Source of the DNA: Marinobacterium rhizophilum
Lineage (GTDB): Bacteria > Pseudomonadota > Gammaproteobacteria > Pseudomonadales > Balneatricaceae
Length of the DNA stretch: 40,000 nucleotides
Assembly (NCBI RefSeq): GCF_024397915.1
Contig: NZ_CP073347.1
Span: forward strand, 2,820,058-2,860,057
Direction of reading: 5' to 3'
The position numbers and the translations under genes are program-made. Under the pieces are notes generated by a model. The model was not told the DNA's origin, made no database searches, and saw only the letters and a list, made by a program, of their open reading frames with translations. Positions 8,963-18,889 of this stretch are shown piece by piece (the first letter of the stretch is position 1; every line of letters begins with the position of its first letter).

Positions 8963-9895
8963 TTAACCTCCGGTTACGACCTGGCGACGGGTATTGCCGT
9001 CGAGACCACCCTCCACCGCCCACTCGGTGAAGAGCTCCAGGCGGTGTTCAAGGGTGCGGGGCTGCCAGGCTGCGGTCAGGTAGTCGTCGTTGGTGTAGTA
9101 CTCGAAGGCACCGCCCAGCGGGCTGTTCACATACCAGAAGTAGGCCGAGGAGATCGGATGGCGCCCGGGGCCAATAAAGGTGGACCAGTCCTTGCGGTTC
9201 ATCGCCATGCCGCCACCGATGACCTCGTGGATATCCCGCACGGTGAAGGCCACATGGTTCAGGCCGGCCGGCTTGCTGGGAACCTTGAGCAGGAAAAGAT
9301 CGTGGTGGTGGCCCTCAGCGGCGGCACGCATGAAAACGCCCTTGCCGATGTAGCGGTCCGACACCTGGAAGCCCAGCTTTTCTCGGTAGAAAGCCTCGAC
9401 GCCCTCGAGATCCTCGACAAAGAACACCACGTGACCGATACCGATGGGCTGGGCACGCTCGTACACGGGGCTCGGCGCATCGACGCGGCGGATATCACCG
9501 TGCTGATTGATGCCCGGCACCTCGAGTTCCACCGCCACCTGGCTGGACAGTTCAAACCGCAGCCACATGCCGTTGGGGTCCTGGCAGCGCACGGAGTCGG
9601 CATCGCGGGCAAAACCCGGCACATCCGCCAAACGCTCAGCCAGTGCATCGAGATCGGCCGCCTGTGCAACAGCCCACACCAGGGTACGCAGCGTGGAGCC
9701 CTGCTCGAAGGCCGGCGGCAGGCGGCTGTCATTGCTGTCGAACAGATAAAGACGGCTCTGGTTCTGGGTGCGGTACAGGTCCGCGTCCTGGATGTCGGAG
9801 GGGGCCGCGTCAAGACCGAAGTCCGCCAGAAAGCGGCGGGCCTTTGCAACATCCTCGACGCCGAACAACAGTTTTTCGATACCCTTGATAGTCAT
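8963..9895 (-). CDS. VOC-family extradiol ring-cleavage dioxygenase-like protein
   Basis: The protein is 310 aa with two glyoxalase/bleomycin-resistance/dioxygenase modules (GIGHVVFFVEDLEGVEAFY and LNHVAFTVRDIHEV). It lies within an aromatic-type operon. Confidence 0.78.
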   Translation of the reverse strand: MTIKGIEKLLFGVEDVAKARRFLADFGLDAAPSDIQDADLYRTQNQSRLYLFDSNDSRLPPAFEQGSTLRTLVWAVAQAADLDALAERLADVPGFARDADSVRCQDPNGMWLRFELSSQVAVELEVPGINQHGDIRRVDAPSPVYERAQPIGIGHVVFFVEDLEGVEAFYREKLGFQVSDRYIGKGVFMRAAAEGHHHDLFLLKVPSKPAGLNHVAFTVRDIHEVIGGGMAMNRKDWSTFIGPGRHPISSAYFWYVNSPLGGAFEYYTNDDYLTAAWQPRTLEHRLELFTEWAVEGGLDGNTRRQVVTGG

Positions 9896-9916
9896 AAACT
9901 CATCTCTCCTGGCCGT

Positions 9917-10693
9917 TTAGTTGAAGACGAAGCCGCCATTGACCGGCAGCGTCTGACCGGTGACAAAACCCGCCAGATCCGACAGCAGATAAAGCACGCT
10001 GCCGCTGACATCTTCGGGCATCTGCTCGCGCTGAATCGCCCGGCCATTGATGTAGTGGTCGTGACGCTCCCTGGGTACGTAGGCCGTCGCTTCCACCAGG
10101 GTCAGCCCCGGGCAGATGCAGTTGACGCAGATATTGCGCTCACCCAGCTCCCGCGCCATGGATCGGCTCATGGAAATGACCGCACCCTTGCTGGCGACAT
10201 AGGCCATCAGCCGCGGTGCGCCCCAGAGCGCGGTATCCGATGCAATATTGACGATCCTGCCGGCACCCGATGCCGCCAGGTGGGGCACCATCGCCCGGCT
10301 CATCAGCCAGGTGCCGCGCACGTTCACGCTCATCACCCGGTCCCAGGTATCGATTTCCAGCTCGCACATGTCCGGGCCGCCGATGCCCGTGGCAATGGCA
10401 CCGCAGTTGACCAGGCCATCCACCGCTCCGAGGGTTTGCGCGCTGAATGCCGCCACCGCCTCGACGGACGCGGGGTCTGCCAGGTCCAGCTTCACGGCAA
10501 CGGCCTCGAAACCCTGCTCCGCCAGCGCGGCCGCCTCCTGCGCCACCAGCTCGTCGAGAATATCCGCCATCACCACCCGGGCACCGGCGGCGCAGGCGGC
10601 CTGGGCAAAGTCCAGCCCCAGCCCGCGGGCGGCACCGGTAATCAGCAGGCGCTTGCCCGCCAGCAGCGGCTTGGCAACGCGCGGGCTAGTCAT
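9917..10693 (-). CDS. Short-chain dehydrogenase/reductase (cis-diol dehydrogenase-like)
   Basis: It has TGAARGLG and the canonical S...YVASK catalytic motif. Its start overlaps the oxygenase stop by 8 nt. Confidence 0.88.
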   Translation of the reverse strand: MTSPRVAKPLLAGKRLLITGAARGLGLDFAQAACAAGARVVMADILDELVAQEAAALAEQGFEAVAVKLDLADPASVEAVAAFSAQTLGAVDGLVNCGAIATGIGGPDMCELEIDTWDRVMSVNVRGTWLMSRAMVPHLAASGAGRIVNIASDTALWGAPRLMAYVASKGAVISMSRSMARELGERNICVNCICPGLTLVEATAYVPRERHDHYINGRAIQREQMPEDVSGSVLYLLSDLAGFVTGQTLPVNGGFVFN

Positions 10694-11726
10694 GGGTGGC
10701 CTCTTTCGGCTGTGCCGCGGCTTCGATCCGGGCCAGCTGTTTCTGGGCCAGTTTTTTCATCAGCCGACGCAGCCGCGACAGGCCCACATCGTGCTGGTAA
10801 AGGAACTCGTGATCGCGGGCAGCCGGCGCCATCTGCTCGAGAATGACCTGGTCCTGCAGCAGTACATCCCAGTGCAGTTTTTCCAGCCGGTTGCGGTAGA
10901 GAAAACGCCAGGTGTCGCGCTGCCAGCCCTGCACCTTGCGGGCACGCCAGAAGAACACGCGGGTGTTGTGTTCATCGATCGGCGTGGCCTGGCCTACGAT
11001 CCAGAACTCGCCGCCGGGGCCGAACTTCTGCTGATAGGGAATCGACAGGCGCAACCAGAAGGTGCCGCTGTCGCCGAACTCGACCCAGTCGAAGTTGACG
11101 CCGCTCTGGCCAACCTTCTCGAACCGGAAGCCGTGCTCGGTATCGACAATGCGCATGTCGGCGCTGCGCTCGCCCTCGGCCATGGAGTGGGACGTGCAGT
11201 GCAGGTAGCTGCCGTGCATCGGGTCCATCACATTGTCGATGGCATAACGGTGGTTGCAGGCCCAGTCGGCACTGCAGAGGAAGCTGCTCCACTGCTCGCT
11301 TTCGAGCTGCTCCGGCAGTACCAGGTCATCGGGAGCCGCCTCGGCCTCTAGGCCGAACCAGACGAAGACGGCACCGTGCTTTTCGATAACCGGGTAGGAA
11401 CGCACGCACTTGCTGCCGCTCATGGGGCAGTTGCTGACGGCCGGCACATCGGCCACTTCGCCGTCGCCTTTTACCTCGACGCCGTGATACCAGCAGGCCA
11501 CGCGGTCACCCAGGTTCCAACCCAGGGACAGGCGCGCACCACGGTGCGGACAGCGATCTTCCAGCGCATGCACCTGGCCATCGCGGTCACGCCACAGCAC
11601 GATATTGTCCCCCAGGCGGGTAATGCCCACCGGACTGGTGGCCACTTCCCAGCTGGCCACCACGGGATACCAGCGGTCGCGCAGCCCAAGATCCAGATAG
11701 TTTTCGATTGTTTGCTTGTCGTTCAC
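10686..11726 (-). CDS. Rieske [2Fe-2S] non-haem-iron oxygenase, alpha subunit (alpha-only type)
   Basis: The Rieske motif is CPHRGARLSLG...CWYHG and the mononuclear-iron motif is NVMDPMHGSYLH. I placed the start at GTG 11726 (VNDKQTIENY), 13 nt after the stop of the upstream 99-aa gene and preceded by GGGGG. The longer track ORF would overlap that gene. Confidence 0.88.
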   Translation of the reverse strand: MNDKQTIENYLDLGLRDRWYPVVASWEVATSPVGITRLGDNIVLWRDRDGQVHALEDRCPHRGARLSLGWNLGDRVACWYHGVEVKGDGEVADVPAVSNCPMSGSKCVRSYPVIEKHGAVFVWFGLEAEAAPDDLVLPEQLESEQWSSFLCSADWACNHRYAIDNVMDPMHGSYLHCTSHSMAEGERSADMRIVDTEHGFRFEKVGQSGVNFDWVEFGDSGTFWLRLSIPYQQKFGPGGEFWIVGQATPIDEHNTRVFFWRARKVQGWQRDTWRFLYRNRLEKLHWDVLLQDQVILEQMAPAARDHEFLYQHDVGLSRLRRLMKKLAQKQLARIEAAAQPKEATHD

Positions 11727-11739
11727 GGTAACCCCCTGT

Positions 11740-12039
11740 TCAGTAGCCCAGTCGCGCCATCTCGGCCTGGAAGCTGTCGGTGCTCCAGAGCGCGGCGGCT
11801 TCAGTACGTGAACCGCGCGCATTCAGCGCGGCAACCAGGTCATCCAGTTCCACCACCCCGGTGGCGAAGACCGCTTCAAGGTGCTCCACCAGGGCTTCTT
11901 CATAACGGCTGGGTTCGCGGTGACGCGTCTGCCAGACAATATTCTGTGCCTGGCCCGGCACCTGGATGTTGTTGATGCCGGCTTCGCTATTGGGCTCGTT
12001 CCTGAACCAGGTGGCGAGCTTGGGGTTGTACTCGGTCAT
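11740..12039 (-). CDS. Small conserved-looking protein of unknown function (99 aa)
   Basis: It is tightly embedded between the ferredoxin and oxygenase genes, with gaps of 11 and 13 nt. There is no recognisable catalytic motif. The C-terminal segment VVELDDLVAALNARGSRTEAAALWSTDSFQAEMARLGY looks helix-turn-helix-like. Confidence 0.6.
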   Translation of the reverse strand: MTEYNPKLATWFRNEPNSEAGINNIQVPGQAQNIVWQTRHREPSRYEEALVEHLEAVFATGVVELDDLVAALNARGSRTEAAALWSTDSFQAEMARLGY

Positions 12040-12050
12040 GGTGCGTCTCC

Positions 12051-12368
12051 TCAGGCCAGTTGCAACTGAATGTCGTCGCCGTCAACCCGCACCGCATAGG
12101 TGTTCAGGTTGCGACAACCCGGGCCGCTTTCCAGCTTGCCGGTGGGAATGTCAAAGATCGCTTCGTGCAGCGGACATTCGACGGTGCGGCCTTCAACGAA
12201 GCCCTGAGTCAGGAGCGCATAGGCATGGGGGCAGATGTCTTCGATGGCAAAGAAGTTCTCTTCCACCTTGAACACACCCAGTTCCTTGTCTTCGACCTTG
12301 ACTGAAAACGGGCTGTCTTCCGATACCTGCCCCACTTTGCAAACTGAAACCCAGTTCATCTCGACCAC
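12051..12368 (-). CDS. Rieske-type [2Fe-2S] ferredoxin component
   Basis: The protein is 105 aa with CPHAYALL...CPLHEAIF (CxH...CxxH). The RBS AAGGTGG lies 6 nt upstream of the ATG. Confidence 0.9.
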   Translation of the reverse strand: MVEMNWVSVCKVGQVSEDSPFSVKVEDKELGVFKVEENFFAIEDICPHAYALLTQGFVEGRTVECPLHEAIFDIPTGKLESGPGCRNLNTYAVRVDGDDIQLQLA

Positions 12369-12373
12369 CTTTT

Positions 12374-12438
12374 GTTTTGTATATAAACACTCGTCTTATA
12401 TGCAAACAAAGACTACCCCCAGCCCAAACCCAAGTCAA
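12374..12438 (-). promoter_or_regulatory. Candidate sigma70 promoter plus operator-like inverted repeat of the Rieske operon
   Basis: On the minus strand, TTGACT (12438-12433) is followed by a 17-nt spacer and TAGTCT (12415-12410). Immediately downstream lies an imperfect inverted repeat, TTGTATATAA (12377-12386) / TTATATGCAA (12396-12405), matching at 9 of 10 positions with a 9-nt spacer. It covers the expected transcription start. Confidence 0.4.
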
Positions 12439-12889
12439 CCCCGCAGAATTCACAGGGGTATGTCATGAAAAGCCTCTGAAAAACACCGAGAATGACTGCA
12501 AAAAATGAATAAAAACAAAAATTAAGCAATTTTTACATGACCCTTAAACCTGGAATCAAAGGGACTCCGAGCCCCCGGAACTCAAAAAAAACATAAAATG
12601 GCAGCGGAAAAATGCACCGGAACTTGGATAAAGCGATAGTTCAAATATGATCAAGTAGCGCGCACGGCAATGCTCGCCTCAACCGCCGGGCGATATGCAG
12701 ACAGGAGAAAAGCCAGCCAGATGGCGACTGTACGCAGGGGCGTTACAGCAAAAACGACAGGAACAGTAACCAGGGAAGTACAACAGGCCAGGCAGGGGTG
12801 CATACAGGCCGCCGGGATCGACAGGATGGGCGACTATCCCGGGCAATTCCGGGCAATCCCGGCGATTTCAGCAAGCGCTATGAAAGCGA

Positions 12890-13080
12890 TCAGAACTGGG
12901 ACGAATGCAGCCCCAGGGTGCGGGACAGGTCTTTGGAGGCCTTGACCACCTCCTCTCGGATGCGGCCGTCGAACGCGTCACGGGACAGGCTTCCCAGCGG
13001 GCAACTTACGCAGCTCGTGTCCACAAAGGCGCAGCGACAATACGCCCAGCTGTTTCAGGAGCTCCAGGCTCAGCACCTAA
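12890..13080 (-). pseudogene. Silent copy A of the iclR 3' end
   Basis: It keeps the TGA stop and the frame for about 39 codons. It differs from the live end at about 4 positions in the first 120 nt; beyond that it is decayed with indels. Confidence 0.85.
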
Positions 13081-13168
13081 GCCGGGATTGGCAGGATGGG
13101 CGACTATCCCGGGCAATCCGGGCAATTCCGGGCAATCCGGACTATTTCAGCAAGCGTTATGAAAGCGA

Positions 13169-13359
13169 TCAGAACTGGGACGAATGCAGCCCCAGGGTGC
13201 GGGACAGCTCTTTGGAGGCCTTGACCACTTCCTCACGGATGCGGCCGTCGAACTCGTCACGGGACAGGCTTCCCAGCGGGCAACTTACGCAGCTCGTGTC
13301 CACAAAGGCGCAGCGACAATACGCCCAGCTGTTTCAGGAGCTCCAGGCTCAGCACCTAA
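13169..13359 (-). pseudogene. Silent copy B of the iclR 3' end
   Basis: As for copy A. There are 4 differences from the live end in 120 nt: one D-to-E change and three synonymous changes. Confidence 0.85.
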
Positions 13360-13447
13360 GCCGGGATTGGCAGGATGGGCGACTATCCCGGGCAATCCGG
13401 GCAATTCCGGGCAATCCGGACTATTTCAGCAAGCGTTATGAAAGCGA

Positions 13448-13638
13448 TCAGAACTGGGACGAATGCAGCCCCAGGGTGCGGGACAGCTCTTTGGAGGCCT
13501 TGACCACTTCCTCACGGATGCGGCCGTCGAACTCGTCACGGGAGAGGCTTCCCGGCGGGCAACTTACGCAGCTCGTGTCCACAAAGGCGCAGCGACAATA
13601 CGCCCAGCTGTTTCAGGAGCTCCAGGCTCAGCACCTAA
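13448..13638 (-). pseudogene. Silent copy C of the iclR 3' end
   Basis: As for copy A. It carries a private L-to-P change (CTG to CCG). Confidence 0.85.
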
Positions 13639-13706
13639 GCCGGGATTGACAGGATGGGCGACCATCCCGGGCAACCCCGGGCAATCCGGACTATTTCAGA
13701 AAGCGA

Positions 13707-14495
13707 TCAGAACTGGGACGAATGCAGCCCCAGGGTGCGGGACAGGTCTTTGGAGGCCTTGACCACCTCCTCACGGATGCGGCCGTCGAACTCGTCACGG
13801 GAGAGGCTTCCCAGCGGGCAACTCACGGAAACCGCAGCCACAATACGCCGGTCATCCACGCTCAGTACCGGTGCCACACAGGCTGCCATGCCGGGATTGA
13901 AGTGCCCCCAGGCAATCGCGGCATCCTTGCCACGGTAACTGCGCACCCGCTCGAGCAAGGCCTCGGGCGTGGCCGGAGTGGTTTCGGTAAAACGCTCGAA
14001 GCCGTAATCCTGGTACAGCTCCAGGATGGCATCATCCGACAGCGTGGACAGCATGAGCTGACCGGTCACGGTAGCATGGGCCGGCCAGCGTGTGCCCACC
14101 GATACGGTACTGGTGAAGGGGCCGGTGGCCTGGAAGCATTCGACAATTACCGTGTTGTGGCCATCGCGAATCAGCAGCTGACTGGCCAGGGTTGTCTGGT
14201 TGCGCAGGTGCTCCAGTATCGGCCGCGAAGGCTCCAGCAACTCCAGGCTGGAGAGGTACTGGAAACCCAGATCCAGGATGCGGGAACTCAGGGTATAGCG
14301 GTTGCTGTCACCGACACGGCGCAGAAAGCCGCAGTTTTCCAGGGTGTACACCAGGCGGAAGGTACTGGAACGGTTCACCCCGATCGCCTCGGCCAGTTCG
14401 GATATCGATTGTTCCCGCTTGTGCTTGCTGAACTGCTGCAACACAGCCAGCCCCCGCACCAGGCCCGGGACTATATAACGGTCATCTGTTTCCAT
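13707..14495 (-). CDS. IclR-family transcriptional regulator
   Basis: It has an N-terminal winged HTH (VPGLVRGLAVLQQF...ISELAEAIGVNRSSTFRLVYTLENCGFL) and a C-terminal IclR effector domain. The start is taken at ATG 14495 (METDDRY); the 41 upstream codons of the track ORF are not IclR-like. Confidence 0.9.
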   Translation of the reverse strand: METDDRYIVPGLVRGLAVLQQFSKHKREQSISELAEAIGVNRSSTFRLVYTLENCGFLRRVGDSNRYTLSSRILDLGFQYLSSLELLEPSRPILEHLRNQTTLASQLLIRDGHNTVIVECFQATGPFTSTVSVGTRWPAHATVTGQLMLSTLSDDAILELYQDYGFERFTETTPATPEALLERVRSYRGKDAAIAWGHFNPGMAACVAPVLSVDDRRIVAAVSVSCPLGSLSRDEFDGRIREEVVKASKDLSRTLGLHSSQF

Positions 14496-15004
14496 GATCT
14501 GCCTGTACCCACTGCGAACACTGCCAAAACGACCTGCGATTGGATCATGCGCCCCTGGAGCTGTCAATTGAAGCCGCCGGTACGCCGCACGGCCTGGTGT
14601 CACCGGAAACGCCCTCAATTTTTTACCTATTGGAAAAATAATCTTGCCTGCCCGGTTCCCAGGTTATATATTGACCAGAAGGTAAAACAACAACAATAAC
14701 AGCAGACAGGTCCTGCCCGTGCTTCAGCTTGCAGGCAGCCAGGTACCGGATCTGCAGAAGACGGAGACAGGATCGTGATCAGAACCTCATACCGCACCAC
14801 GCCCTCGCTGCCCGGCAGCTTCCACTGCGCCACCACCACTCGAACTCCTGCCCCACCGGGCTTCGTGTCCTGAAGATACACCGGGGCTGCCCTATCGGCG
14901 ACCCTGACTCAAAGCGTTCCCCCTAGCGATCTCCGACAGATACCCGGCTGCCTGGCAGTGCCCGGCGGTAACGGGATCATTAATAACAAGAAAGAGGATG
15001 CATC

Positions 15005-16507
15005 ATGAGTACCGAGCCCAACCGTACCTCAACCGCCGTCCAGGTTGGCGAGTTCTACGAGCTCAACACCGGCGCCGACGTGCGAGACAGTGTCCACTAC
15101 AACGAGGACATCGCCCCCACCAGAATCCGCGAGCGCACCTGGTCAACCTGGAACGTCGCCGCCCTCTGGGTCGGCATGGCCATTTGCGTCCCGACCTATA
15201 CCCTGGGCGGCGTGCTGACCGCCTACTTCGGACTGTCGGTATCCGAGGCCCTTGTCACCATCCTGCTGGCCAACGTCGTGGTGCTGATACCGCTCACGCT
15301 GAACGCCTACGCCGGCACCAAGTTCGGCATTCCGTTCCCGGTGCTGCTGCGCTCATCCTTCGGTGTTCTGGGCTCCAACATTCCCTGCCTGATTCGAGCC
15401 CTGGTGGCCTGTGGCTGGTTTGGCATCCAGACGCTGTTCGGTGGTGTCGCCATCCATATACTGTTCTCGGCCCTGATACCGGGCTGGGAGAACCTGGGCA
15501 GCAGCGGCGAAGTCATCGGCTTCTTCCTGTTCCTGGCCATGAACCTCTATATCGTTATCAAGGGTTCCGAGTCGATCAAGATCCTGGAAACCCTGTCGGC
15601 CCCCCTGCTGCTGGGTGTCAGCATCGGCCTGATGATGTGGGCCATGCCGCAGATCTCGATGACCGAATTGCTGGCCACGCCGGCCAACCGTCCCGAGGGC
15701 GCCTCTTTCTGGGGGTACTTCTTCGGCGGCCTCACCGCCATGGTCGGCTTCTGGGCCACGCTGTCGCTGAACATCCCGGATTTCAGCCGCTACGTTAAAT
15801 CCCAGAAGGACCAGATTACCGGCCAGATTATCGGCCTGCCCCTGACCATGTTCTTCTTCGCCTCTCTGGGCGTTGTACTCACCGCCGCCTCCGCCAGCCT
15901 GGTGGGCGAGACCATCTCGGATCCGGTCAACCTGATCGGCAAGATCGACAGCCCCGTCTGGGTCGTGATCGCCATGATCATGATCATTATCGCGACACTG
16001 TCCACCAACACCGCGGCCAATATCGTCTCGCCCACCAACGACTTTCAGAACATCGCTCCCAAGAAAATCAACCAGACCCGCGGCGTGTTGCTGACCGGAG
16101 CCCTGGGCATCCTCCTGATGAGCTGGGAGCTGCTGAAAAAACTCGGTGTGATCGATTCGGATGTCAGTGTCGAGGCCATGTACACCGGCTGGCTGCTGGG
16201 CTATTCCAGCCTGCTGGGCCCGATCGCCGGCATCATGATCGTCGACTACTTCGTGATCAAGCGTCAGTTCCTCAACCTGCCTGAACTGTACAAGACCCAC
16301 GGCATCTACCGCGGCTTCAACCCCGCGGGCCTCACCGCCTTTGGCTTGCCGGTGGCACTGACACTGTTTTCCATCAGCACCGGCTACCTGGACTGGTTTT
16401 ACCAGTACGGCTGGTTCACCGGGTCCATCCTGGGGGGGCTGGTGTACTGGGTTGCCGCCAGCAAACTGCCGGCTCCCGCATCCCAGGGCCTGGCCCAGGG
16501 CAACTGA
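15005..16507 (+). CDS. NCS1-family nucleobase/hydantoin/allantoin:cation symporter
   Basis: The protein is 500 aa. The typical NCS1 N-terminus is NEDIAPTRIRERTWSTWNVAALWVGMAICVPTY, and there are 12 hydrophobic segments. The RBS AGAGGA lies upstream of the ATG. Confidence 0.9.
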   Translation: MSTEPNRTSTAVQVGEFYELNTGADVRDSVHYNEDIAPTRIRERTWSTWNVAALWVGMAICVPTYTLGGVLTAYFGLSVSEALVTILLANVVVLIPLTLNAYAGTKFGIPFPVLLRSSFGVLGSNIPCLIRALVACGWFGIQTLFGGVAIHILFSALIPGWENLGSSGEVIGFFLFLAMNLYIVIKGSESIKILETLSAPLLLGVSIGLMMWAMPQISMTELLATPANRPEGASFWGYFFGGLTAMVGFWATLSLNIPDFSRYVKSQKDQITGQIIGLPLTMFFFASLGVVLTAASASLVGETISDPVNLIGKIDSPVWVVIAMIMIIIATLSTNTAANIVSPTNDFQNIAPKKINQTRGVLLTGALGILLMSWELLKKLGVIDSDVSVEAMYTGWLLGYSSLLGPIAGIMIVDYFVIKRQFLNLPELYKTHGIYRGFNPAGLTAFGLPVALTLFSISTGYLDWFYQYGWFTGSILGGLVYWVAASKLPAPASQGLAQGN

Positions 16508-16542
16508 TACAACGCGCGGCCTGGGCGCCTGATACCGACTAG

Positions 16543-18078
<1,536 letters not shown>

Positions 18079-18150
18079 ACCTGCCCCCGGAAGGGGGCCA
18101 TTGACCGGCCATCAATGCAGACGTCCGCTGCAGCCACGAGGACAAACAGC

Positions 18151-18597
18151 ATGCACTGGCTCGCCATACCCTTCACACTGCTGGCAGGTACCGTTCTGGC
18201 AATGCAGATCGGCGTCAACAGCACCCTGGCTCGCCATGCAGGCTCCGCACTCTGGGCCTCGGGGGCATCCTTCGTGGTGGGCAGCCTGGCACTGCTCATC
18301 ATCTGTATTCTATACCTGCGCCAGCCCTGGCCCGGGCTGGACGCGCTGCGCGCGGCGCCCATCTGGTCCTGGGCAGGCGGTCTGCTCGGCGCCTTCTATG
18401 TCACCACCCTGATCATCTTTGCGCCGCGCATCGGCGCGACCCTTGCGCTGGCACTGGTCATCGCCGGGCAATTGACCGGCGCCCTGCTGCTGGACCGTTT
18501 CGGCCTGTTCGGCTTTGCGCCTCAGGCTATCACCCCGGGCCGCCTGGCCGGCATCGCGCTGATACTGGCCGGTGCCATCCTCGTCCGGCGCTTCTGA
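18151..18597 (+). CDS. DMT-superfamily small membrane transporter (YdcZ/DUF606-like)
   Basis: The protein is about 148 aa with 5 TM segments and an N-terminus like LLAGTVLAMQIGVNSTLA. I chose ATG 18151 as the start because GAGGA lies 9 nt upstream. Confidence 0.7.
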   Translation: MHWLAIPFTLLAGTVLAMQIGVNSTLARHAGSALWASGASFVVGSLALLIICILYLRQPWPGLDALRAAPIWSWAGGLLGAFYVTTLIIFAPRIGATLALALVIAGQLTGALLLDRFGLFGFAPQAITPGRLAGIALILAGAILVRRF

Positions 18598-18889
18598 CCT
18601 GCCCCAAGCCGTTACAGCGCACTGGGCTGGCAGGCAGGGATGGCCAGCGCCTGGCGTGGCGGCCCCGCTTCTGCCTCCGGACTTTGCGCCGGCCACAGGC
18701 AACTCTAAAAAGCGCTTTCTAATCAAATGGTTGATACCAGCCATGAACATTTAACGCACAACTGTTTCCTCCGCGCATACTGCTATACTTATGACTGCTA
18801 TAAGCAGCAGCATATAGACTGCTGCTTGCCAGCGACGCAACAGTCTTTTGAGACAGGGGGATCTCAGCCCAACTCGATGGAGGTGTGTC

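Larger units (their letters stand above)
12811..13706. repeat. Tandem array (units 270, 279, 279 bp, plus a fourth unit that contains the live gene end) reiterating the iclR 3' end and its 3' flank
   Basis: TCAGAACTGGGACGAATGCAGCC (stop plus last codons of iclR) occurs at 12890, 13169, 13448 and 13707. Unit junctions GCCGGGAT(T/C)G occur at 12811, 13081, 13360 and 13639, and inside the gene at 13890. Confidence 0.95.

Noticed and set aside
8846-10846. Very long antisense ORFs: 666 aa here, 632 aa at 21479..23377 (+), 404 aa at 15353..16567 (-), 438 aa at 7714..9030 (+), 424 aa at 36401..37675 (+).
   Set aside because: Each lies opposite a gene with clear family motifs. Their products are Arg/Gly/Ala/Pro/His-rich and low-complexity with no recognisable domains. 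This is the typical shadow-ORF pattern of GC-rich DNA.
12599-12616. Sigma-54-like TGGCAG-N-TGCA motif in the A-rich region upstream of the Rieske operon.
   Set aside because: The GG-to-GC spacing is 2 nt longer than the canonical -24/-12 arrangement. The motif is also on the plus strand, pointing away from any gene.
12798-13649. A 283-aa plus-strand ORF with 93-aa internal repeats running through the iclR array. A similar 301-aa ORF (25393..26298) runs through the pntB array.
   Set aside because: Both lie antisense to the pseudo-3'-end copies and are open mainly because of GC richness. They use many codons that the genes here avoid (AGG, CGA, CTA, TTG). They have no convincing RBS (the first starts at GTG), and their amino-acid sequences are low-complexity. 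Unit lengths are only partly multiples of three: 279, 168 and 222 are, but 259 and 164 are not. There is therefore no consistent frame conservation.
12811-13897. Diversity-generating retroelement (template/variable repeat at a gene 3' end).
   Set aside because: There is no reverse transcriptase or accessory gene nearby. There are several copies rather than one TR/VR pair. The substitutions are not adenine-specific (G/C, C/T, T/G and A/G changes all occur). Most changes are synonymous, which is the opposite of DGR hypervariation.
14496-15004. Possible riboswitch or leader in the ~500-nt iclR-NCS1 divergent region.
   Set aside because: I could not recognise any known riboswitch consensus (for example guanidine/ykkC or purine) by eye. 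The region must also hold two divergent promoters, which is enough to explain its length. It needs a covariance-model scan before any claim.
14998-15798. An alternative-frame 266-aa ORF overlapping the start of the NCS1 permease.
   Set aside because: The frame starting at 15005 encodes an unmistakable 12-TM NCS1 protein with an RBS. The 14998 frame gives an Arg/Pro-rich sequence with no membrane character.
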